Source of the DNA: Tubiluchus corallicola
Lineage: Eukaryota; Animalia; Priapulida
NCBI GenBank assembly: GCA_030141605.1
Contig: JAQGDQ010000918.1
Coordinates: 1 to 64,000, forward strand
Direction: 5' to 3'
DNA length: 64,000 nucleotides
In this document: positions 25,023 to 37,800 of the stretch, piece by piece
Layout: the number at the start of each line of letters is the position of its first letter
Numbering within the stretch: the stretch's first letter is position 1
Program-made: the position numbers and the translations under genes
The notes under the pieces: model-generated
Databases searched by the model: none
Told to the model about the DNA's origin: nothing
What the model saw: only the letters and a program-made list of their open reading frames with translations

Positions 25023-25125
25023 AGTTTCAAATTTTGATTTTTCATTACCACTAAGTCAGTGGTGACATCTGTTAGTTTCAAATTTTGATTTTTCATTACC
25101 ACTAAGTCAATGGTGACATCTGTTA
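25023..25125. repeat. 51-bp direct tandem duplication
   Basis: agtttcaaattttgatttttcattaccactaagtca(g/a)tggtgacatctgtt twice. Confidence 0.9.
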
Positions 25126-25842
25126 GCACACTTTGAAGTTTTCAGTATATCTATTTTATTAAGTACTTGCTACTGTAATATGTTTGTATGTAACTGGGTT
25201 ACTTGGCTTCTCTGTGAGTAATTGTTTACACTTTGGTTGTAAGATTAGAAGGCAAGCAATGGGCTTAAACACTTGTGTGGTCAAAACAACATTCAGACTC
25301 AGATGCCAGGATATTTTGGCTGGTGTATTTACTTGAACTTTTCTTTACTACTGTTGATTATTTTGATTTCATCTGTTTAACATGAACATCGCAACTTCAA
25401 AAACAGTCTTATATGCCAATGTCGGTTGTTATCTCTCTCCAAAACACCCCAGCGACAACTTTAGCGTCACGACACCACCACCTGTGCAGTGTACAACCCT
25501 CTATACCAGCGCCACTCACCTGCTTTGCACGGCAAAACTCGGTGTGAATCCTGCTTTGATCTTGACGTCGTTGCCGTACTTGATGAACGTAGATGCAAAA
25601 TTTGCTTCCAACGAAACAAAGGGAAGAAGTGCAAACGCTGCAAAGCATTTGGCTGTACAGATTACACGCATTCTCGTCTGCAAATATTGAGTTCTATAGT
25701 TAAAATGTATCTAATCATGATTGTTTTATAAGAGTAAAGGAAAGCTGTGTTAAATAATGATTTTGATTAAATTGGTAATTAAATTATTAGATGCTTGACG
25801 ATGCAAGATTAAACTATCGTCTTGGCTAGAAGCCTAGTTAGG

Positions 25843-26122
25843 TGTGGCATCACGTGACCAGCCGATCTTCAACCGGCTGACTCAGAAGTAGAGATTGATG
25901 ATGTAATCTTTATGCGCAGAAGCTCACGGCGCATTAGTTAGTTAGACAAAAGTGTTTTGTGGCCCGCACGTCGGGGAGATGAGTAACTTACTTGAAGACG
26001 GAGGGCTGGCATTACTATCCTCTAATATTTACCGTGTGTGGTTGTTGTTTAATAAATATGTAGTTTATTAAATAAAGTCTTGATAGTTTGCCGTGCCCAT
26101 CGTGGCTATCTCACACGCCACA
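25843..26122 (+). mobile_element. Possible solo LTR
   Basis: TGTGGC...GCCACA inverted ends and AATAAA motifs near the 3' end. No TSD seen. Confidence 0.4.
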
Positions 26123-26490
26123 CAATGAACTGTAATCAGCAAGCAGCTTTAACCACAAGAATAAATAAATATTAACCAAATTATTTTACTATAAGCTCTT
26201 ATTCTGACTTCAGTCAATATAAATAATTATAATAATATTTACTTCTTTTTTGTTTTAAAATATGAAGTTTTTACATCTGAAGTATCTATATGTTCTATAT
26301 GTGTACATGCATTAAAAATTTTGTGTGTTCCAAAGTTTTCGCAAATTGTGAAATTGTTGATGAAGATCACGAATACCTGGCGTCATATTTGGGCAGGTTT
26401 GGTGCATGGTCAGGCAGGTTTACGACAGTTTGGAGAGATATTGGCGAGCTTTGCAATTCTCGCGACTACCTCTTTTCTTTTGTCCTTTAA

Positions 26491-26935
26491 CCCTTTTAGT
26501 CCCAAATTATTTTTTTAATGAGAAAATTTTTTTGGCTTGGTACTTTTCTTCAGTATGTCCATCTTGTTTACACATAATAATTATTTTTTTCTACCTGTGC
26601 CCGCGTGCTAAATATAGCCTGTATCCCACGGGATACATTGGGATTCAATGCTTGCTAAACATGATAAAAAGCAAATGCTGATAAGTTTTTAAAGTATTTA
26701 AGACATTTAGTATGTGTGCTATGCTGATCAGTACAAAGTCGTCTCTAAAGTACTGTACCTTACACAGATGTAAGGTTTTTTAGTTTGCCATTCTATCACT
26801 ATTTTTAGTCTATTGTTATTGGCTTAAATCAAAATAACTATTAGCAGATCAAATAACTCTCAGTTTTAAAATTTTATTAATTTTAAAGGCAGAGAAAATT
26901 CTCGTATCCCATGGGATACAACGGGTATGAAAGGG
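26491..26935. mobile_element. piggyBac-like MITE
   Basis: TTAA-CCCTTT...AAAGGG-TTAA with internal gtatccca(c/t)gggataca palindromes. Confidence 0.7.
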
Positions 26936-27177
26936 TTAAAGGGAATTCCAGATACCGAAATCTAGAGGATTAAGTCTCTTTTTTTCGCAACAAGTCTTTG
27001 CCAATGCTTTATGTTCTGTGGTGAAGAACATGGCGTAAACTGTTTGATGTCTTTATCGTTTTGCTGTATTGAGTGCTTTATACATGAAGGTGGCGCTTTT
27101 TTCAGTTGATCATCATAGTTGACATTGTTCCACCATTTAATGTTTTCATACGTAAAAGTTTTCTAGTCATAATTTAA

Positions 27178-28138
27178 CCCTTAGCTGCCCAGTTTATTTA
27201 GACTATTAGAGATTGTCAATTATTGTTTTTTCTAAATATTACATCACAACAGTGACGACGCTTAACGTTAGGAAAATAATACAGAACCCATAACACGTGC
27301 TTTAGGAAGGACAGTCACAAAATGGTGTCAGAAGTGGGATTAAAATTGGGGTTAAAATTACCCCAGCTATGTTTGCTCAGGTTTTTTATTTTGGTTCACA
27401 CAACCAAAACTTTTCAAACTAGTAATGATCAAATGTTCTTTAATTTCTTATGCAGCCATACTTTGGTTTTGTTGAAAGCTGTTATTCATGCTTTTTTACA
27501 CAGCACGAGTGTCAGATACTACCTGATGTGGGGTAACTTATTACCCCCCTTGGTCTTTTATGTAGGAAAATTTTTTAGAATTTACGTTGCAGTATTTTTC
27601 TTTCTGGCTTCACCACGTGTGTTTACTTTTACTGAGAAATGCTGCAAACTTCCAATTCTGCCTACAGTTCTGCAAAGAGATTTTTCTACCAATCAGTTGA
27701 GGAAATTTCATACTAAAGTTTGTAGACATTCTTCATTTAGTAATATGGCGGAAACTTTAGCTGTACGAGTGACTAAGCTTGAAGCTGATGAAGATGAAAT
27801 TTGAGAAGATCAGCAAGTGAAAACGAAGTGGATGTCTTAGAACTAAATAGTGAATATCGTTAGGCTATTATAAAAAATGCACAACACTTGAAAAACCAAG
27901 CATAAACAATATAGCTAAACAATATAGTGCGAAGGTGGAAAGCCACTTTTTATCCTTGGTGCCCTCATATATCTATGCCACTTGCCACAGAATTTGGTTT
28001 TGTACAAATAGGAGCACATTTTATACCATTTGGTCTTTCTGTCCAGTTAGTAACACATATTAAGCGAAACTTTCATGCGGTATTTTTTAACGTGCTTGAT
28101 CTTCATTGTAATATAAAAATTCCTTGGTCGGCTAAGGG
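27178..28138. mobile_element. piggyBac-like non-autonomous element
   Basis: TTAA-CCCTTAGCTG ... CGGCTAAGGG-TTAA. Confidence 0.75.
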
Positions 28139-28416
28139 TTAAAAGCCACTTTCACAGCCAAAAGTTAATGTACTGTAATTTTGTTCTTTGAAATTTCAAT
28201 ATTCTAGGGCAATTGATTCTAATACTATTGTGGTCTAAACCATGGCACCTTTTTTCTGCGCCATCCGGTACATTTGGCGCCTGCATTGACAATTTTGCAC
28301 ATCGATATTGTTAGCCTATTATCAACAGAATAAAGATTTTACATTGAATAGGTGAAATTGGTCATTTTGCCTAGAATAGGAACGATTAACAAAAGCTCTA
28401 CAAAACTCCACTAGAC

Positions 28417-28680
28417 GGTTTAGTCTAGCGGCAAAGCGTGCACTTTCCGTCTGGGAGGTCGTGAGTTCGAAACAGCTGCCTGGTAATACCAACGACTTTA
28501 AAAACAGTACCTGTTGTTGCCCTGTCCGGGGATGGTTTTAGGGTAAAAGTGGGGTAATAATAGTGTCTGCTGTGTAATTGTAGAATTGTTATTAACGGTT
28601 GGCTATAATAACTCTTTGAGCTTACGTTAATTGTTCATCGAAATGCCGACTTTAAACAAAGATTATTATTATTATTATTA
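28417..28680 (+). mobile_element. tRNA-derived SINE
   Basis: Pol III A-box-like tagtctagcgg and B-box-like gttcgaaac, a core gtaataccaacgactttaaaaacagtacctgttg, and a (TTA)n tail. Confidence 0.7.
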
Positions 28681-28979
28681 CAATGAAATAATGAAAATAT
28701 TTAAAGTCTCAATCGATTTCTGCATGTGAACCATCCTATGAGGTGAAAGGAAACAGTCTGCATACTGCAAGAAAATTCCTATTATTTGGACTTCATAACA
28801 TTCACACGGGAAACACAAGAAAGAAACAGGTTTCTGAAAATACTACAAAAGCACAGCAATTAGTACTAAACAGCAAACGTGGTCGTCTCTTTTCATTTCT
28901 TCATTGTGTGGATTTTTTATTAAACTTTTCAAGACAATTTTCACAATTACAATAATATAAAAATTCACACTTGAACACA

Positions 28980-29440
28980 CCGTAAGACATCTTACCTATC
29001 TGAGTCTCAAAACTGATGCTTTTGGTAACTCTATACACACAAAAACAATTCGTGTTGCGATTGAGTTAGACTATGATCTGGATATAGACGTTATTTAATT
29101 AATAAATTGAGCGTAATTATTGCCCATAGTGTTGTTTCCGTTAATCCACGTTAGGGGGTATTGTTCTGTCCAAATTCACCATGACGCTGTCTATTTCTGA
29201 ATATGAGAAAATGGAACTTTATTGCATAAGTATAAATCACTACTAAATCAACAAGTTTCCACGTCAGTTAAAAGGACAGCCTACGATTGTGATAGAGTAG
29301 AGACAATAAATATATTATTAGTCCCGAAGGTATCGTAAGTAGTCATAAAAGTTTGCCTTTCTTCTGTAATAGTATAATGGAGCCAATGCATAGTAACGCT
29401 ACTGTTTTCATGAATTATTGCCAACGGGTAACAAAGTGTA
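28980..29440 (-). promoter_or_regulatory. Putative promoter / non-coding first exon of pentraxin copy 2
   Basis: Homologous to 12700-13150; minus-strand donor with exon end at 28996. Confidence 0.45.
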
Positions 29441-30299
29441 TAGAAGACTGGAGATATAATAAGAGTTATTATCAGACGAGCCTATAATTATTAGTCTGCC
29501 AGGCATAAGTTGAAAAATGCCAAATTTTGTATAGCCATTTTTTCAGTTGCACAAATTTGGCGTTCTTCATCTTTAGAAATACAGCAGATAGAAGCCTCAT
29601 GACTATCTAGATGCCTTATTGGAAACGTGTCATATGCAGTACTAACATGTAAATGAAAGTTGAGAGTTAAGACAATTCTCTCTGCGTAAATCTACACATT
29701 TGTATGTACATTGCTTAGCGTATCAACATTATATGTATTTATTATGTCTTTATGTCCTTCATATGTATGTTCAAATTTAAACCTAAATATCAATAGTTCT
29801 ATCTTAGTACACTCACCATTCCTTTACTTACTTAAGCAACTTGGTTATGCTCCATATGTAAACGTTATGCTCCATTTATCACGCCTTATTCTGAAATCTT
29901 CCTCAAGATAATTGCGCATATTACTAATAGCAACATTATTTACAGGGTGGTTGACTTTGTTAACTTTTAGTTTTTCGCCACCCTTTCACCAATCACTTGA
30001 ATATCATTAACTCAGATAATTTATTCATTTAATAATTTTGTCACTTTGTATCATATTATCGTTTTATGCTCTGATGCTCTGTGTTTTTCTTGTAAAAAAT
30101 GTGATTAAAATAAAGATACTTGAAGAATAACAGACTAATAAGTAATTGGCCTACTATGAAAGAATCGGTCTTCATAAACGTGATGTTGGTTGTTAAGCCT
30201 ATGGCAATACATAGAAATATATAGAAATTATAATAATGTTACCGCAAATACGTCAACGATATTAACACGCCCTTCATCAAAAATGAGCTTCCACTCCTC

Positions 30300-30490
30300 T
30301 TAGAGCCAACATTAAATCAAAGAACACACTATATTAAACAAATACGCACTAATAACAAACACGGCAACAATTCTATCATTAAACAAGGAGTTCAACTCTG
30401 GAATACCCTGTCATCAAATTTAAAACAAATCAAGTCTTTCGACGAATTCAAATCAAAATTAAAAATACATACATCAAATCGTTTTGAAAA
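30300..30490 (+). mobile_element. CR1/L2-type LINE reverse transcriptase 3' end remnant
   Basis: Encodes ...RTNNKHGNNSIIKQGVQLWNTLSSNLKQIKSFDEFKSKLK, the WN.L...S...FK..LK pattern. Confidence 0.65.
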
Positions 30491-31629
30491 CCCTACATAC
30501 GTAAACGATAACATATATTCATCCGCAAATTTTATTTACTCACATCCATTTTAAATTATATGTATATATAGTATATAGTCTATTATTATTTCCGTGTAAC
30601 ATTATAATGTATATTTTGTTTTAAATTTTTGGCACAGTAGTTTTTAGTTTGCACTGGACGCATTTGCCTTTAACAGTTGTGTGAATTTTATTCTTATGCT
30701 GCGATGTTCTCTTATGCTTTTATAGTTATGAAAATCGATTTTTTATGGCAAATAAAGATTATATATGTATTATCTATATTATCTATATTATCTATCTATC
30801 TATATATATATATATATATATATATGTAATGCCCTTTTCGCTCAGTCGTGAATAAATTAATTATCATTATCCCGATGTATTAAATCAACACAAATTTAGC
30901 GGCGTGCATGTAATGTCTATACACGTAGAATATTCTCAAAATGCGTTAACTAAGTCACAACATTGCTGTTTGCCTCAGTTTATTCTTAATTATTGCGGCA
31001 TAGGCAAAGATAAGTTACAATTGTAATGTTGAATAACATGCCTATAGTAGTCTATTGACCCTGCAGCTGCATGTGTAAAAATTTTATTGATTTAAATAAC
31101 TAAGGCAGTTGGATATGCAAATTAATAACTTGAGAAAGCTTTAACTCTTTTTAGCAATATGTACATATGGCGGAAAATATTAGCTACTAATTTTATTAAC
31201 ACAACTTATACGCCGGCTTTGCTCAGTTTGCTGCAAGAAGCTTTAAGTCAAAGGGGTTCGTGTCTTAGCAGCCATTTCGAGTCTTAAGATAACACTATTA
31301 ATGGAGGATCATATTGGCTATTGCTACGAATTTCGATACAATTTTTTTTACTCTACAGTTGCGTTCTTAACAGTATAAAGTATTACGCTACAGTAAAAAG
31401 CTTTGTTTTTTTATTACCATGAATGAAATAATTAATAAGTCTAATAATCTAATTTAATTCTATTCCCAGTTTATTTTTTCTCCATTTCTTCTTTTACAAA
31501 TTAACTATTCGAGTTTCTATTTAATAGAACAATAAATAATACTTTATTTCACACTTTTTTTTACAATAAAGCGTATAATAACTACTTCTTCGTTATGTAT
31601 TAATTCCACCAAATTTTTACGACTAGCTC

Positions 31630-31700
31630 GCTCGATGGCGCCACAGCGTATGTTTTATGATTAACCTTGTGACGTCAGTGCTGGCGTTACGGCCATTTTT
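31630..31700 (+). promoter_or_regulatory. OTUD5 proximal promoter motifs
   Basis: Perfect CRE TGACGTCA (31670-31677) and YY1-like GCCATTTT (31692-31699), about 110-140 bp upstream of the ATG. Confidence 0.4.
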
Positions 31701-31811
31701 TGAGGAATTTTAACATAAATTTAAAAATTGGACTTTAAAAGCTATTTTTATGCGTTTTCGTTGTTTTCGCTAAACAACTCTGTGAGTGCGTGTGATAGAA
31801 GAACTTAGGAA

Positions 31812-34800
31812 ATGACTATCTTACCTAAGAAAAAGTCATCAAAAGACAAGAATGACGTCGAAACAGGGAGTGACCATAACAGTAAGTCCAGCTTGGGACA
31901 CACTGTTCATGCTCACACGTCACATTCCCGAGTAGGTCGAGCTAGAAATTCGCCACCCAGGTGGCCTTCTCACGGATACAGGGAAGAGAAACGAACACAA
32001 CATGATCCAGGGCCAAGTTATGAGACGGTTGATGCTCCGTCATGCCAAAAGAGACGCCATCGCACGTCTCCGCACCATCATGTTAGGAAGCAGCGTTCTT
32101 CGGCTGCAGTGACTGTGCCATACGAACAAACGTTAGACACCTTTGACTTTGTTGAACAAAACGAGGAACTTCAAAGAGACAGTGACATAGATGTTTCTGG
32201 TTATAACAGCGGTGATGAATACGTGCCTCCACCTATAAATGCCGAAGAAGAGGAGGAGGTGATGTTTAATTTTGGTAAATTGTGTGTTTGCAAGCCTAAA
32301 CCATCCACAAGTTGGTCAAATGTCATTTTTTGGTTTTTATAAAAACAAACGATAAATATATTGGTCTGTCCTGGCATCAAATTATCAAGAAGATTTTTAA
32401 AACAGCAAAAACCTAATTTTTTAACCCCGTACGCACTTCTCTGGCAAAAAACTAACCAAAACTTCAATTGTATCAAACTTGCATTTGTAAAAGTTGGCAA
32501 TTAACTTTTTCTAGCTATTCACATATCTTGGATCTCCATTTCATGTTGATCATTTTGATACCAAGTTCATTGCTCTACATTATTTCTGAGCTGAGATAAT
32601 CCACGTTGAAATTGAGGTGCAAGCTGCACACAGAAAAACATAATCTTGAGAAAATTGCTGTTAAAGTCAGCCATTGTTTTTTTTCTCGCGTTTCTATAAA
32701 ACACTTAGCAACTGCACAAATGTTGGTTGCTACAGACTTTGCAAGAACACATTGAAGTTATGTTTAAATCCAGTAGATGGCTCTTCCTGATGAAGGTCTG
32801 GGCTTGGCAACAGAAAAAATCCGAAATGAAATGACAGCTTCCAGGAGCTGCTATCGGAGTTTGAAAATAGGAGTTTTTTACAATTGAAGTACTAGTTTCT
32901 AGGCAGAAAAGTGGGTAAGGGTTATAAAATTAAATTTTAGTATTTTCGAACAGTTTTTTGATAATTTGATGCCTGAATATAAAAGTCCAATATATTTAGT
33001 GTTGGTTTTTATGAAATATGATAAATTGACATTTGACCAAATTTTTTGTGCATTCTACTGTGAAGCATCATAACATGGTTTTAACTACACCGACTTGTGG
33101 ACGGTTTTGGTTTGCAAACACACAAATGCTACAGTTCAAAATAAAGGGAAAGGGACACTGATAACATTTCTTGTCCAGGCGCTATTACAGGGAGTGGAGA
33201 CACTCTGTCTACACCTCATATGCAAATTACAGAACCGTGAATATTTTCTGTTTGACGGCACTCCCTGTTGCCTATAACAGAGTTGTGTTCCAATAGTTAA
33301 CTTACCCAGTTTTAATTTTATATTTTTTTGACGCTACATTTCTTACTTCTTATCAGAATTATATACCTGTATAAGGTGTTCCAAAATTAAAATCCATTAA
33401 CTGCCAGAGTTGCAAAGTTCTGTGCAAGTGATGGTGTTCTACCAGTCTAAATTTAGTTCTGAGTGTGTGATGGTATTCTACAGTCTAAGTAAGTTCTGTG
33501 CATGTGATGGTGTTCCACAGTCTAAATAAGTTCTGTTCATGTGATGGTGTTCTACAGTCTAAATAAGTTCTGTGCGTGTGATGGTATTCTACAGTCTAAA
33601 TAAGCTCTGTGGGTGTGATTATATTCTACAGTCTAAATAAATTCTGTGCGTGTGATGGTATTCTACAGTCTAAATAAATTCTGTGCGTGTGATGGTATTC
33701 TACAGTCTAAATAAATTTTGTGCGTGTGAAGGTGTTCTAGAGTCTAAATAAGTTCTGTGCGTGTGATGGTATTCTACAGTCTAAATAAGTTCTGTGCGTG
33801 TGATGGTATTCTACAGTCTAAATAAGTTCTGTGCATGTGATGGTGTTCTAGAGTCTAAATAAGTTCTGTGCGTGTGATGGTATTCTACAGTCTAAATAAG
33901 TTCTGTGCGTGGGATGGTATTCTACAGTCTAAATAAGTTCTGTGCATGTGATGGTGTTCCACAGTCTAAATAAGTTCTGTGCGTGTGATGGTATTCTACA
34001 GTCTAAATAAATTTTGTGCGTGTGATGGTGTTCTAGAGTCTAAATAAGTTCTGTGCGTGTGATGGTGTTCTAGAATCTAAATAAGTTCTGTGCGTGTGAT
34101 GGTGTTTCACTGTCTAAATTAGTTCTGTGCGCGTGATGGTGTTCTAGAGTCTAAATAAGTTCTGTGCGTGTGATGGTATTCTACAGTCTAAATAAGTTCT
34201 GTGCGTGTGATGGTGTTCTAGAATCTAAATAAGTTCTGTGCATGTGATCGTTGTGGTGAGTTCGTTAAGAAAGATTTTCCATTATCGTGTTGATTTTTTC
34301 TCTTGCAGCAAGAAAAGAGGTTTGAAATGGACCTCAAGAATAAGAAGGGATTAATAATCAAAAGAATGGAGGAGGATGGAGCGTGTCTATTCAGAGCCGT
34401 TGGTAAGAGCTTGCCGTCTTTCAACTCTTTTGACGGAATGCACGCTTTTTCACAGTTTCCTCCTTTTTGTTATCAACCTGCATACTGTAAGACATTTAGT
34501 AGACATTTGCCGTTATTGCTCTTGCAGTGTTACTAAGATTATTTCTTAGTTTTAGTTTTTGTAAGTTCACTTGTTTATGCAATTATCAGAACATACATTC
34601 ATGCCATACAAAAGACAGACTATACTATAAGCTATAATTATACAATAATTTAGTAAAGCGGAACAAAAAACTAAAAAAGAAAGCGTGAAAAAATGTACAT
34701 TGAAAAAATTTAAAACATTACTGCTAACCAGTGCAAAATAAACAAACTTTGATTTCAAGTCATTTTAAATAATCCACGTTTCAGCTTTAAGCGCTCACAA

Positions 34801-37800
34801 AGCCTTAAATTTTTTTTTAAAAACAAAATTTCCACTCTCTCTCTACTGGCATGTTTTAAACTCATGAGGTAAGGCAGAAGCAAATTTTTTTTGTGGTCTG
34901 CCCTTCATTCAAAATATAATTTATAAAATAGCACTTATTGTCTTATTAGCTTATTAGTGGTTTAAACTAAAACCGGATCCAATCTTAGACTGGACGCAAA
35001 ACAATCTATTCTATAAAATATTGAAAAGAAACACACTATTTTTTCAAAAACGACTTACTTGAAATAATTATTACGGCACAAACACAATTTTGCGTTCTTA
35101 GAGAGCCGCTAGCGCTTGCATTTTGGAAATGTGTTGCACAAAAACAGATGCTGTACCTCTCAGTTCAGACGTGTTAGTTTTTTACGAACCATACACATTT
35201 GATAGCTCATGCGCAAACACAGCAGTAAATTTGAAATTTGAATTTTATCTTAAAATTTGCCTGGTTTTAGTAAAACACATTGAATATCTTACAGTAGCAC
35301 TGTACTTCAGTCTGTGCTTTCACAAACACATGCAACACGCTCATGGAATATTTTTGCTGTTGGAAATTATGTTAGTTTGTGATGTCTATTATTAGTCTTT
35401 TTTAATCTATTATTAATCTATTACTAAGTTTTTAATCTATTATTTAATCATCAGAACTGCTTTTGTAGTATTAATTGTGTTAAATTGTATATTTTTATCG
35501 GGCTTGAAAATGAGGTTGAAAAATCATCCTGTCTTCCTTTAACTTTTTCAGCTGATCAAGTTTATGGGGATCAGGAAATGCACAACATCACTAGGAAACA
35601 TTGTATGGATTACATGTTAAAAAATCAAGATTTCTTCTCTCAGTATGTGACGGAGGAATTCGAGTCGTACGTGGAGCGGAAGCGACTAGACCACGTGCAC
35701 GGAAATCACATTGAAATGCAGGCGCTTTCGGAGATGTATAATCGCACCCTGGAGGTTTACCAGTGTCGGAACGGTATAGGTGAGAACATTGGGTACAGTA
35801 AATTGTACATTCGCGTTATGTTACAAAACGACACGCACACAATATGAGATAAGGGTGCGCGACTCGCAAGATCAGAATTTTCCGGAAGATGATCTTGTTT
35901 TTGAGTTGTATGAAACTTTTTATTTTTCTAGAGTATAAATTGCATTTTTGAGTTAGGCGAAGTAAACTACGTGTATTTTGATTAAATGGAACATAATTTT
36001 TTATGTGAGTTAGGCAAAGTAAACTACACGTGCTTTGATTAAATGGACCATAATTTTTTATTTGAGTTAGGCGAAGTAAACTACACGTACTTTGATTAAA
36101 TGGACCATAATTTTTTATTTGAGTTAGGCGAAGTAAACTACACGTACTTTGATTAAATGGACCATAATTTTTTATGCGAGTTAGGCGAAGTAAACTACAC
36201 GTGCTTTGATTAAATGGACCATAATTTTTTATTTGAGTTAGGCGAAGTAAACTACACGTACTTTGATTAAATGGACCATAATTTTTTATTTGAGTTAGGC
36301 GAAGTAAACTACACGTACTTTGATTAAATGGACCATAATTTTTTATTTGAGTTAGGCGAAGTAAACTACACGTAGTTTGATTAAATGGACCATAATTTTT
36401 TATGTGAGTTAGGCGAAGTAAACTACACGTAGTTTGATTAAATGGACCATAATTTTTTATTTGAGTTAGGCGAAGTAAACTACACGTAGTTTGATTAAAT
36501 GGACCATAATTTTTTATGTGAGTTAGGCGAAGTAAACTACACGTAGTTTGATTAAATGGACCATAATTTTTTATTTGAGTTAGGCGAAGTAAACTACACG
36601 TAGTTTGATTAAATGGACCATAATTTTTTATGTGAGTTAGGCGAAGTAAACTACACGTAGTTTGATTAAATGGACCATAATTTTTTATTTGAGTTAGGCG
36701 AAGTAAACTACACGTAGTTTGATTAAATGGACCATAATTTTTTATGTGAGTTAGGCGAAGTAAACTACACGTAGTTTGATTAAATGGACCATAATTTTTT
36801 ATTTGAGTTAGGCGAAGTAAACTACACGTGCTTTGATTAAATGGACCATAATTTTTTATGTGAGTTGGGCGAAGTAAACTACACGTGCTTTGATTAAATG
36901 GACCATAATTTTTTATGTGAGTTAGGCGAAGTAAACTACACGTGCTTTGATTAAATGGACCATAATTTTTTATTTGAGTTACGCGAAGTAAACTACACAT
37001 ATTTCGATTAAATGTACCATAGAGTGCTCCGTCGCTAATTTATTTACCAGTAATATATAAATTTTAACTTAATTTCACGTACATTAAAATAAATTGCACT
37101 AATAATGTTAATTTTGCGAAGTAAAGTCAAGATGTGAACATTCTCTGATGTGAAGTATCACAGTATGAGTGTTCATTCAGTCCAGCGTATAATGAAGGAT
37201 TATTTCTTTACATATTCGTATTGTAGACGACTCTTTAGCGACATCTCCCAAAAACATATAGTAAGTTTAAGTCGACCCCAAAAGTTTCACCTTAAAATCG
37301 CCTCCGAAAGTCAACTTGTACATAAGTATATGCGGTATGCGATTTTGAATAACGCGAAGTTTACTGTACTTGTCTCATAATGTTATTTCATTTATCACTG
37401 ATGTCACTCAAATGAACAACTTGCCTTTTGCAGCAATTATTAGGCCATACACATTTAATGATTGTTAGACCATTCCGTTTCTGTTTTGTTTGTACCCATA
37501 AGAAGAGGTACCATATTAAAAGAGCTACCATTTAATGGTAACTAGTGGTGAGTGGTGAATTTGAACCTAATCCAATTTTTGACTTTCGAATTCAAATGAA
37601 ACCGAATTTCAAAGTTTCAAATCCGAATCGAATTCGAACTTAGTTTTAAAGATTTTCAAATGAATTTTCGAATCGCAAAGAAAATCAGACTCACAAAGAT
37701 CTTGCATATTGCTTGATTTTATTCTACTGTAATAACACTGACTGTTTGAAAATTGTGCGCGGAAATCTCAGCTAAATTGCGCTGAATCCTTGCTGTTTAA

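Noticed and set aside
27322-27804. 160-aa ORF as a transposase
   Set aside because: It lies in a piggyBac-like element but has no recognisable transposase motifs.
28417-28490. tRNA gene
   Set aside because: It has A/B-box-like motifs but no convincing cloverleaf, and it continues into a SINE body and a (TTA)n tail.
35816-37000. 394-aa ORF as a real gene
   Set aside because: The ORF arises from a 57-bp MITE-derived tandem repeat in an OTUD5 intron, and there is no independent coding evidence.
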